DNA of 64,000 nucleotides from positions 1,860,001 through 1,924,000 of the forward strand of contig CATNEN010000032.1 of assembly GCA_950097015.1 (NCBI GenBank). The letters are read 5' to 3'. Source of the stretch: Macrostomum hystrix (taxonomy: Eukaryota > Animalia > Platyhelminthes). The position numbers and the translations under genes are program-made. Shown piece by piece: positions 24,130 to 34,404 of this stretch. The notes under the pieces are model-generated. The model was not told where the DNA came from and ran no database searches. It saw nothing but the letters and a program-made list of their open reading frames with translations. Numbering within the stretch: the first letter of the stretch is position 1; every line of letters begins with the position of its first letter.

Positions 24130-24740
24130 AGAATAAGCCTGCTGGGTCTACTGGTACTGCTGTCCTTGAACCTGATGGGTCTACTGGTACTGCTGTCCAT
24201 GAGCCTGCTGGGTCTACTGGTACTGCTGTCCATGAACCTGATGGGTCTGCTGGTACTGCTGTCCATGAGACTGCTGAGGCTGCTGGAACTGCTGTCCATG
24301 AGCCAGCTGGGGCTGCTGGAACTGTTGTCCATGCGCTTGCTGTGGCTGCTGGTACTGCTGTCCATGAGCTTGCTGAGGCTGCTGGTACTGCTGTCCATGA
24401 GACTGCTGAGGCTGCTGGAACTGCTGTCCATGAGCCAGCTGGGGCTGCTGGTACTGCTGTCCATGAGCTTGCTGAGGCTGCTGGTACTGCTGTCCATGAG
24501 CTTGCTGAGGCTGCTGGTACTGCTGTCCATGAGCTTGCTGAGGCTGCTGGTACTGCTGTCCATGAGCCAGCTGAGACTGCTGGTACTGCTGTCCATGAGC
24601 TTGCTGAGGCTGCTGGTACTGCTGTCCATGAGCTTGCTGAGGCTGCTGGTACTGCTGTTCATGAGCCAGCTGAGGCTGCTGGTACTGCTGTCCATGAGCT
24701 TGCTGAGGCTGCTGATACTGCTGTCCATGAGCTTGCTGGG
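24130..24740 (-). repeat. 33-bp coding repeat (QQYQQPQQAHG), ~18 copies
   Basis: Periodic GCTGGTACTGCTGTCCATGAG on the + strand. Confidence 0.95.
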
Positions 24741-27700
24741 GCTGCTGGGTCTTTTGGAATTGCGGCATCACTGATTGTGATCCATGCTGATTCTGTTGAC
24801 CAGTAGATCGTTGTGACTGCAGTGGTTGAGCCGAATTTTGCATTTCAGAACTATGTTGTTGAGCTGACTGCTGGAGCGACACCTGAACCTGTTGCGGTTG
24901 AGTTTTCACCTGCTGCTGCAACTGAGCATGCTGCGGCTGCTTTTGTGGCTGCTGAGGCTTAACTTGCTGTTGCAACTGGATGGACTGCTGCGAGTGCAAC
25001 TTTTTGCTTCGCTGCTGAATTTGAAACTGCTGTGTTGGAACGTGCTGCTGCTGCTGCTGCTGCTGGGGCAGAATCTGATGCTGCTGCTGCTGAGGCAGAA
25101 TCTGCTGCTGCTGCTGCTGGGGCAGAATCTGATGCTGCTGCTGATGGGGCAGAATCTGATGCTGCTGCTGCTGATGGGGAAGAATCTGATGCTGCTGCTG
25201 CTGGGGCAGAATCTGATGCTGCTGCTGCTGCTGGGTCAGAATCTGCTGCTGCTGGGGTAGAACCTGCTGCTGCTGCTGCTGTGGCAAAATCTTCTGCTGC
25301 TGCTGCTGCTGGGGCAGAATCTGATGCTGCTGCTGCTGCTGCCTGGGCAGAACCTGCTGCTGCTGCTGCTGTGGCAAAATCTTCTGCTGCTGCTGCTGCT
25401 GCTGCTGAGGCAGAATCTGCTGCTGCTGCTGCTGTGGCTGAATCTGATGCTGCTGCTGCTGTGGCAGAATCTGCTGCTGCTGTGGTAGAACCTGCTGCTG
25501 TGGCAGAATCTGCTGCTGCTGTGGTAGAACCTGCTGCTGTGGCAGAATTTGCTGCTGTTGTAGATGCATTTGCTGCTGCTGTGGCAGAATTTGCTGCTGT
25601 TGTGGTAGATTCTGCTGCTGCTGTGGCAGAATTTGCTGCTGTTGTGGTAGATTCTGCTGCTGCTGTGGCAGAATTTGCTGCTGTTGTGGTAGATTCTGCT
25701 GCTGCTGGGGCAGAATTTGCTGCTGCTGTGGCAGAATCTGATGCTGCTGTAGAGTTTGCTGCTGCTGCTGTTGAGGTCGCTGCCGCTGCCTTGATGGTCG
25801 TTGCTGTTGGTGCTGCTGTGGCAGAGATGATAACTGATGGTCAGCTGTTTGATTTGTAGCCACTGGCATTGCAACCTGAGAAGTCTGTTGCTGAAACAAT
25901 GGCTGCTGCTGCTGGCTGGTAGCGTCAAGATGAATCTGAATTGGTTCCTGGCCCTGTAGTGCCTGAACCGCTGTCTTAGGCTGCTGCTGCTGCTGCTTTT
26001 GAACTTGTGACTTTGGCCAGGCCGGATTGAGATCCTTAACGGTTGCCTCATTGTTGGACTTCTGCACCGGCATCTGCTTGGCCTCCGACGGTTGACCGCC
26101 CGCGTAGTGACCGCCTCGCAGCCGCGCCTGGACAGAAGCGTAGAGCCTCTCTGCCTCCTCCACTTCTGGATCGCGAAAGGTCAATGATTTGATCTCTGAC
26201 TCTGCAATGTCATGTGGAAAATGATTCGGTTATAGCTCGAAGTTTCGTTCCTTGTCTGAACATTTAAACTACAAAATTGCTGCGAACCTCGCTCGACTCT
26301 TCTGAGATTGTCAGCAGCACCCATGGGTCTGCTGATTTTCTGCTGAAGCTCCTGGGATAGTTCCACTTTTCGCAGTTCGGCCAGTCTGGCGAAATTGGTT
26401 TCTGCGCAACCAAACAATTAGATGAAAGAACGAGCGTATGTTATTGACTTGAATGGAAATCAGAAATTTTTCTAGTCGACTTTGTCAGTACGGTAAATAA
26501 ATTCACATGCAGGTTTATTTCTCACAAAATGAGATGGGTGTTTAATGGCAGGAAAGGAGGTGGGTGTCATGAGCCAGAGAGTGAGGTTGGTGTCAAGAAC
26601 CAGGGAGTGAGGTTGGTGTCAAGAACCAGGGAGTGAGGTGGGTGTCAAGAGCCAGAGAGCGAGGTTGGTGTCAAGAACCAGGGAGTGAGGTGGGTGTAAA
26701 GAGCCAGGGAGTGAGGTGGGTGTAAAGAGCCAGGGAGTTAGATTGGTATCAAGAGCCAGGGAGTTAGGTTAGTATCAAGATCCAGGGAGCGAGGTTGGTG
26801 TCAAGAGCCAGGGATTGAGGTGGTTGTCTAGAGCTAGAGAGTGAGAGCCTGTGATTGATGTGGGTGTTTAAAGTCGGGGAATGAGGTAGGTGTAGGTAGA
26901 GGAGCAAGTGCGGTAGATGTACTCGTATCACCAAAACAAGTCCAGTTGGCTTTGACTATAAAAGTTGGGCAAAAATGTGCTACTTTGCCGCTATCGCTAC
27001 TCACCGGGTTCCACATGCTTCAACTCCGGCCGGAAGTCGCCCGCCGGAACCACGCATATAATTGCCTCGGCAAACACTTGACCGAATGGGTTAGTTGCGA
27101 AAACACGCACCTGATGCTGGCCAACATCCTGACAGCGCACGATCTCCAGACAATTGATGGAGCCGTCTTTGTGCACGACGTAGTTGGTGGTCTGGCAACG
27201 ATGGTTCGTTCTCATTAGGGCCCATAATCACAACACTTAAAAAAGAAAAAATATGATTGTAAGGCCTTCAGAGAGACTGGGTGGATGAGGCGGGTGTCGA
27301 TTAGCGGGCATATGTCAAGAGGCTGAGAGTGAGGTGGGCAATAAGATTCAGGGAGTGAGTGAATTAAGCGTTAAAAGGCAGAGAGTGAGATGGATGTCAA
27401 CGGGCAGAGAGTGAGGTGGATGTCAACGGGCAGAGAGTGAGGTGGATGTCAACGGGCAGGGAGTGAGCTGGATGTCAACGGGCAGGGAGTGAGGTGGATG
27501 TCAACGGGCAGAGATTGAGGTGGATGTCAACGGGCAGAGAGTGAGGTGGATGTCAACGGGCAGGGAGTGAGGTGGATGTCAACGGGCAGAGATTGAGGTG
27601 GATGTCAACGGGCAGAGAGTGAGGTGGATGTCAACGGGCAGAGAGTGAGGTGGATGTCAACGGGCAGGGAGTGAGGTGGATGTCAACGGGCAGGGAGTGA

Positions 27701-30700
27701 CGTGGATGTCAACGGGCAGGGAGTGAGGTGAATGTCAACGGGCAGAGATTGAGGTGGATGTCAACGGGCAGAGAGTGAGGTGGATGTCAACGGGCAGGGA
27801 GTGAGGTGGATGTCAAAGGGCAGGGAGTGAGGTGGATGTCAACGGGCAGGGAGTGAGGTGGATGTCAACGGGCAGGGAGTGACGTGGATGTCAACGGGCA
27901 GGGAGTGAGGTGAATGTCAACGGGCAGGGAGTGAGGTGAATGTCAACGGGCAGAGATTGAGGTGGATGTCAACGGGCAGAGAGTGAGGTGGATGTCAACG
28001 GGCAGGGAGTGAGGTGGATGTCAAAGGGCAGGGAGTGAGGTGGATGTCAAGTGGCAGGGAGTGAGCTGGATGTCTAGAGGCGGGAAGTGAGGTGGGCGTT
28101 AAGAGGCAGATAGGGAGGAAGGGTTAAAAAGGTGCCGATAATGAAGTTTCTATATTTTTTAATGTAGCTAATTTGGAAATGTAAGCTTACATTGCTGGTT
28201 TCCAAATTTGTCTGCGTCTCGTCGCCGCTCTGAAATAGGAGAGTGAAATGATATGAAATGATACTCTGGTGAAGGGCTGCGTAGAAAGCGTTTCTAAAAT
28301 AATATTCATAAAATCCATAAAACTCGTAAGGAACCCACAGAAGCAATCGCCTCTTCATTCAGGCACCACGTGATGAGTGGCCTAGGATTACCGCTTAGCT
28401 TCACCAGCACCTTGACCGGATCGCCTTGGCCAACTGTGCACGACTCCGGCAGGATGTCGAAATAAGGTGCCGATTCAGGCTCCTCGGATTCACGAAATTG
28501 AAATTCGTCCGGTGCGATTGGCGTCCTGAGAGGTAAGGAGTGGAGTGGGTGTGGATGATTGCATTTGAGGTGGGTGCTAAGAGGCAGGGAGTAAGGTGGC
28601 TGCGGAGTGGAGGGAGTGAGGTGGCTGCGGAGTGGAGGAAATGAAGTGGCTACGGAGTGGAGGGAATGAGGTGGCTGCGGAGTGGAGGGAGTGAGGTGGC
28701 TGCGGAGTGGAGGGAGTGAGGTGGCTGCGGAGTGGAGGGAGTGAAGTGGCTACGGAGTGGAGGGAATGAGGTGGCTGCGGAGTGGAGGGAGTGGGTTGCG
28801 GAGTGGAGGGAATGAGGTAGCTACGGAGTGGAAGGAGTGAGGTGGCTGCGGAGTGGAGGGAATGAGGTGGCTACGGAGTGGAAGGAGTGAGGGGGCTGCG
28901 GAGTGGAGGGAGTGAGGTAGGTGGAGAGTATTAGGTTTGAAGGGAATGGATTCTCGGCAAACTCACTCCCGCCACTGCCTCTCCAGCTCTTCCAGACGTC
29001 GGTAGCCCTGCGCACCGCCAGGGAGCTGAGTCCGCGTCACGACGCCCTCACCGGCGCGGCAAGCCAGGTTGACCCGGTTGGACTCCGCTACGCCGCCGCG
29101 GTTGCTGACGACCGCCCAATAGAGGCCAGAGTCCTCCTGCTTGCACTGGGAGATGTGCAGCAGGGCGCGGCCCTTTTCAACCTCAGTGCGAACTCTGGCG
29201 GCGCAGGCCACCGAGGCGCCGTCTTTGAACCACTCGACGGCCAGGTCGCCGTCGCCTGATGGCTCGACCTGGGCGTTAAGAGATTGGGATAAGCTCTGGT
29301 GGACAAGCTTTTGCCAGCACAGCATTAACAATGCACAGCAGAGTTAGTTGTAATGCGCGCACGACGAATACGGGCGGTTTAAGTTTCTGCAATACTCTTG
29401 CTCATTGCAATGCCGCCAACGAGCCTTAAAGTGAGGCAAAATCTCTAACCTGCAAGTCGAGCAGCACCTGTCCGCCTTCTCGAATCTCGGCTGGCGGCTT
29501 GACGCCCCTAACAATCCTCGGCGGTGGCGGCGGCGGCTGCTGCATTGAGAGCCCCATCGCGGCGCTGAAATCGTCGGCTCTCCGCTCGAGCTCCTCCTCC
29601 AGCAGCATGAGGCTGCGGATGCTCTGCTCGGCGTCTCCTGGCAGCTGAGAGGTCGTGACCACGCCGCCCTGAGCGTAGCACACAAGCCGACAGACGCCGG
29701 ACTGGTGCCTGCCGTGCTCGCTGACGGCCAGAGCGCAGTAGGCTCCAGAGTCCTCAGCGATGGCGTGACTGAAGCGCAGCCTGGCTGAGCCCATCTCGAA
29801 GCTGGCGCCAACTCTGGAGCCGAACTGCACGGGCTGGCCGTCCTTGAACCAGGCTACCTGTACTCGGCTGCCATTGCCCGGATCGACGCGAGCTTCAAAC
29901 GCCGCCGGCGAGCCTTCGATCACCTGCAGCTGCGCCGGAGTCGGGTCGGACAGGAAGCGAGGCGGCACCGCCGGCTGGTTCTGGGATTCCGCAGCCAGTC
30001 TGCGGGTATAATTGGGGATCTTTGAGTGGAAATCTTTGAGAGCAGATCTGGGATTGAGGATCTGGGAATGTGGCAGTCTGGGAGGTGGGGATCTGAGAAA
30101 ACGGAGTGGAGATCTGGGAACTGAGATAGGGGATCTGGGAACTGAGATTGGGGATCTGGGAACTGAGATTGGGGATCTGGGAACTGAGATTGGGGATCTG
30201 GGAACTGAGATTGGGGATCTGGGAACTGAGATTGGGGATCTGGGAACTGAGATTGGGGATCTGGGAACTGAGATTGTGGATCTGCGAACTAGGAACTGAG
30301 TTGGGTATATGGGATGTCAGAGTTGGGATATGGAGTACAGGCATAAGAATTTTGTAAAGGTATGCTCGGATTTGTATAAAATTTTCAAGCTGAAATCTGG
30401 TTCGAAGATCTTAGTCTGTCACTGCATCGACTCCTATAAGCTCACGGATCAAAATCGTCCCTATGGGAGTACTCTTCAAGCCGCTGGATGTTCAACACGG
30501 AGGACTCGGGCAGGGCAGATGCTGTGACCACACCCGCCGATCCTGAGCACCTGATAAAGTTGGAAAAAGTTGGATTACGTTGGATAACGTTGGATAACGT
30601 TGGATAACGTTGGATAACGTTGGATAACGTTGGAGAGCAACAAGTACATTTTTTACTTTAAAACTAGGACTCATCATTTCTCACCTGTCTCATCAATTCT

Positions 30701-32295
30701 CTCCCAAGCTCATCATTTCTGACATGATCTCATCATTTCTCACCTGAGCTCACAATTTCTCACCTGAGCTCGGCCTGATTGCTCTGCGCCCTGCCGTGCT
30801 TATTAGCAGCAACGCAGTGATAGAGGCCATTATCCTCCGGGTAGCAACAGTTGATCTCCAGCGCCGTGTAGCCCCTGTCGTAAACGGCCCTGAGCCTGGA
30901 GCCCAAGGTCAGCGGGCCGCCGTTCTTGAACCATTCGACCTGCACGTTGGGATCCGCAGCCGGGGTCACCCGGGTTTCAAAGCGGACGCAGGCGTTCTCT
31001 TGAGCCAGAATCGACTCAAGCTGACGGCTGAACTGCGGCGCAGCCTGCGGCACCTGATCGTCGAAGTCCTGGCGCACGCTGCGACTGTTCAGTCGGTCGT
31101 TGAGACGGTCGATGTTGGCCACCATGGAGGCTTCGGGCAGCTGAGTTCGAGTCACTACGCCTTCGTCCGGAATTACGCTGTGGGATTTTTCAGGGATTTT
31201 AGGGATACTTTTACGATAGATTTTTTATCAATTCAATGAGGGAAACTGTGATGTTGTGTTTTGAGATTCGGTAATTTGGGATTTTGGGATTTGTTAATTG
31301 GGATTCTTCAAACAATGACTTTCTAATTAATACTCATCAAGCTGTGCTCGAAAAATTCGTAAAATTGGGATTGTTTGAATTGGTTAAGATCCAGTTAAGG
31401 TAAGAATTAAGTTAAGATTTTCTAGTTTATATTAATCTAGTTACTCTAGTTACTAGTTATTCATCTAAGATAGCAAGGGAAATAAATATCTGAACAGAAT
31501 CTCATAATCAACAGGTCATTGTTGACATAGTGCACAGCAGTTTCAGGCCACTCACGTCAGTGTCACCGGGTTGCTCTGATCCATGCCAAAGCCGCTCTTA
31601 GCAACGCATGAGTATTCCCCGCTGTCGTCAGGATAAGTGTGACTGATATGCAGCAGTACAAAGCCTCGCTCGAAAGTTGTATTGAAACGGGAGCCTTTCG
31701 GCGCCAATTTGAATCAAAGTTGGGTGACAAATTTTTATTAGATTTTGTCAAGATTTTAATAAACACAATATCATGTTGTTTCAATTCTTCCCTCTGAAGC
31801 AGTGGGTAATTCATTGTGTGCATCCGAGATCTAAGCATTAACAGAACTGATAGACACTCGCACAGTAAAGGCGCCCCTAAAAAGGGCCGTTTAAAATTGT
31901 TGTAATGCATACACGAAACACTAGATGAACAACTCCGTCAGACACCTCATAATCAAGCAGCGACAAATTATGATTGGGCTCATGTCTTTCGTGGAATCTT
32001 AGTCTCGCCGTCTGGTCCGAAGTCTCCCCAGTCACTAACCAGCGTTCAACGGCCGGCCGTCCTTGAACCATTCGGTGCTTAGCGAGCTGTCATTCAGCGG
32101 CAGCAGTCGGCACTCCAGGTGAACCGAGCGACCCTCCGCCACGCTCAGCGCCGGCTTCGGATGCTTCACGAACCTCGGCGGCTCTCCGCGCTGCGTCAGG
32201 GACGCCCTCCGGATGCCCGTCGTCGAGGAGTCATCGTGGTCGACGACGCTGTTGCTAAGCTCCCGCATCAGCGAGACCGTGGCGGCCGCTGACAT
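24214..32295 (-). CDS. Kettin/sallimus (titin-family)-like protein: 5 Ig I-set domains plus long Q-rich tail, ~1413 aa
   Basis: Exons 32295-32040, 31694-31556, 31177-30764, 30550-30446, 29999-29450, 29268-28967, 28525-28339, 27191-27005, 26401-26288, 26201-24214 join in frame (4242 nt). Kettin-type Igs (P.F...EG..A.FE.RV.P..D....VEWFKDG..L..GSR...D.G.Y.C.A.N..G) with VVT.TQLP...I.RLE linkers. True 5' end uncertain. Confidence 0.85.
25050..25790 (-). repeat. CAG-rich coding repeat (polyQ with ILP spacers)
   Basis: QQQQILPQQQ units in ORF 24214..26184. Confidence 0.95.
26560..26850. repeat. 26-bp intronic minisatellite (GGGAGTGAGGTTGGTGTCAAGAACCA)
   Basis: About 10 diverged copies. Confidence 0.9.
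27380..28080. repeat. 25-bp intronic minisatellite (GAGTGAGGTGGATGTCAACGGGCAG), ~28 copies
   Basis: Direct tandem repetition without spacers. Confidence 0.95.
28590..28920. repeat. 25-bp intronic minisatellite (GTGGCTGCGGAGTGGAGGGAGTGAG), ~13 copies
   Basis: Direct tandem repetition. Confidence 0.95.
30010..30300. repeat. 21-bp intronic minisatellite (GATCTGGGAACTGAGATTGGG)
   Basis: About 9 near-perfect copies plus degenerate flanks. Confidence 0.93.
30570..30632. repeat. 10-bp repeat (TTGGATAACG)n
   Basis: About 6 copies. Confidence 0.93.
30670..30770 (-). repeat. 20-bp repeat containing copies of the exon-3 splice donor
   Basis: Five units; three keep CAG|GTGAGAAAT on the gene strand. 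Confidence 0.85.
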
Positions 32296-32984
32296 ACCCG
32301 ACGAGACGGACGGCTCAGAGAAGCAGAGAAGGAAGGATCTGTTAAGCTGGTTCTGTGGCTCCCTAACTAGGAAAAGTCGATGCCACTATTTATCCCAGCT
32401 TTGTTCATTCTGTTTCCGGAAATTTGCTGTTTTCATCCCCGCCCACTGAATTCTGGCCGGGCCAAAGCCTTCCCCAGCGAGGCGTGTGCACTGGGACAGG
32501 AGAAAAATCGATCAGAAGAAAACGCAGAAAAGGCCAAATTTCTATTTCTACCTCTCTCACTCTCTCACTCTCTCACTTGCTACCTCCATCGTCGAACACC
32601 GAAAAGGGCACGGAGGAGCATTGTGCAGAGCTGGCGGATGATTTCTTGTTTCGCGGTTAGTCGCGGTAGAATGGATACAGCTACAAGGATTTGTGTTTGT
32701 GCAATCTGTGGCATGTTTGGCTTTGTAGAGCCAGTAGCGGTATCCCGTACGCCACCGGAATCTTGACCAATTTATGCGCTAATGTGCACTTTGAATCAGG
32801 GACACAGACTGGCGGGGAAATGAGGGATTACAGTGGCCAAAGAGGCTCGCAAAATCTGCTGTTCAATTTCTACATAGGAAAAATTGAACGTGACCAATTT
32901 TATTAAATTGCATTAAAAAAGAAGCTTTTTCATTGTAGGCGCGCCAATTCTGACTGCAATTTTAAGATTTATAATCAGAGTCAG

Positions 32985-34010
32985 GAGAGTCAGGGGTTGG
33001 AGAGTCAGGGGTTGGAGGGTCAGGGGTTGGAGAGTCTGGGGTTGGAGGGTCAGGGGTTGGAGGGTCAGTGGTTGGAGGGTCAGGGGTTGGAGGGTCAGGG
33101 GTTGGAGGGTCAGGGGTTGGAGGGTCAGTGGTTGGAGAGTCAGGGGTTGGAGAGTCAGGGGTTGGAGGGTCAGTGTTTGTTGGAGGGTCAGGGGTTAGAG
33201 GGTCAGGGGTTGGAGGGTCAGTGGTTGGAGAGTCAGGGGTTGGAGAGTCTGGTGTTGGAGGGTCAGGGGTTGGAGGGTCAGTGGTTGGAGGGTCAGGGGT
33301 TGGAGGGTCAGGGGTTGGAGGGTCAGTGGTTGGAGAGTCAGGGGTTGGAGAGTTAGGGGTTGGAGAGTCAGGGGTTGGAGAGTCAGTGGTTGGAGAGTCT
33401 GGGGTTGGAGAGTCAGGGGTAGGAGAGTCAGGGGTTGGAGAGTCAGGGGTTGGAGAGTCAGGGGTTGGAGGGTCAGGGGTTGGAGGGTCAGGGGTTGGAG
33501 AGTCTGGGGTTGGAGAGTCTGGGGTTGGAGAGTCAGGGGTTGGAGAGTCAGGGTTGGAGAGTCAGGGGTTGGAGGGTCAGGGTTTGGAGAGTCAGGGGTT
33601 GGAGAGTCTGGGGTTGGAGAGTCAGGGGTTGGAGAGTCAGGGTTGGAGAGTCAGTGGTTGGAGAGTCTGGGGTTGGAGAGTCAGGGGTAGGAGAGTCAGG
33701 GGTTGGAGAGTCAGGGGTTGGAGAGTCAGGGGTTGGAGGGTCAGGGGTTGGAGGGTCAGGGGTTGGAGAGTCAGGGGTTGGAGAGTCTGGGGTTGGAGAG
33801 TCAGGGGTTGGAGAGTCAGGGGTAGGAGAGTCAGGGGTTGGAGAGTCAGGGGTTGGAGAGTCAGGGGTTGGAGGGTCAGGGGTTGGAGGGTCAGGGGTTG
33901 GAGAGTCAGGGGTTGGAGAGTCAGGGGTTGGAGAGTCAGGGGTTGGAGAGTCAGGGGTTGGAAGTTCACGGGTTGAAGAGTCGGGTTGGAGGATCTGGGG
34001 TTGGAGGATC
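32985..34010. repeat. 15-bp G-rich minisatellite (GGAGAGTCAGGGGTT), ~68 copies
   Basis: Direct repetition; source of ORFs 32997-34141. Confidence 0.97.
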
Positions 34011-34404
34011 AAGTTTGTTTCACTAGTCTGGCTCAGGGCCGGCTTGAGTCGAGCAGCTTGACTATCTGAGCTCAGTGCCATCACCATAGCAACTGTGGAA
34101 TGATAGTATTTTAGCACAGCATGGTCATTTTTGGGTTGCAAGTGCTAAAGTCTGGCAATCGTTCTTCTCTGTTAGTGCGAGCCGTATTTTTTCCTTCTCA
34201 CTCTGTTGCCTGGGCCCTGGAGACGGCCCCGAATGCACGAGATTAAATTGAATTGGGGCGCGTGCATTTTGTTATAACTCAGCTTATCGCTTTGTACACG
34301 CATCTAAAGCTACAAAGCCAGTTGAAAATCTGCGCACCCACCCCACGGAGACCAGGCGCTGTGTGTTCGTCAATACTGTTTCAATTCTAAGAACCAACTC
34401 TGCA

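Noticed and set aside
24067-25859. Plus-strand Ala/Leu-rich ORFs (AGTAVHE..., AAAAAESD...)
   Set aside because: Antisense shadows of the CAG-rich exon, which splices in frame to Ig exons on the minus strand.
27380-28080. CRISPR-like regular arrays (also 35570-37443, 46580-48680, 58395-58938)
   Set aside because: Units are contiguous with no unique spacers, there are no cas genes, and they lie in a eukaryotic, mostly intronic context.
32997-34141. Long ORFs from repeats (also 2594-2983, 36173-36521, 39780-41677, 42527-43070, 45706-46183, 49773-50177, 50542-51351)
   Set aside because: Periodic translations of minisatellites that lack stops by chance; open in several frames and on both strands.
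34030-34190. First coding exon of the kettin-like gene
   Set aside because: The candidate donor and acceptor tested did not give an in-frame join to 32295; it may still be a UTR exon.
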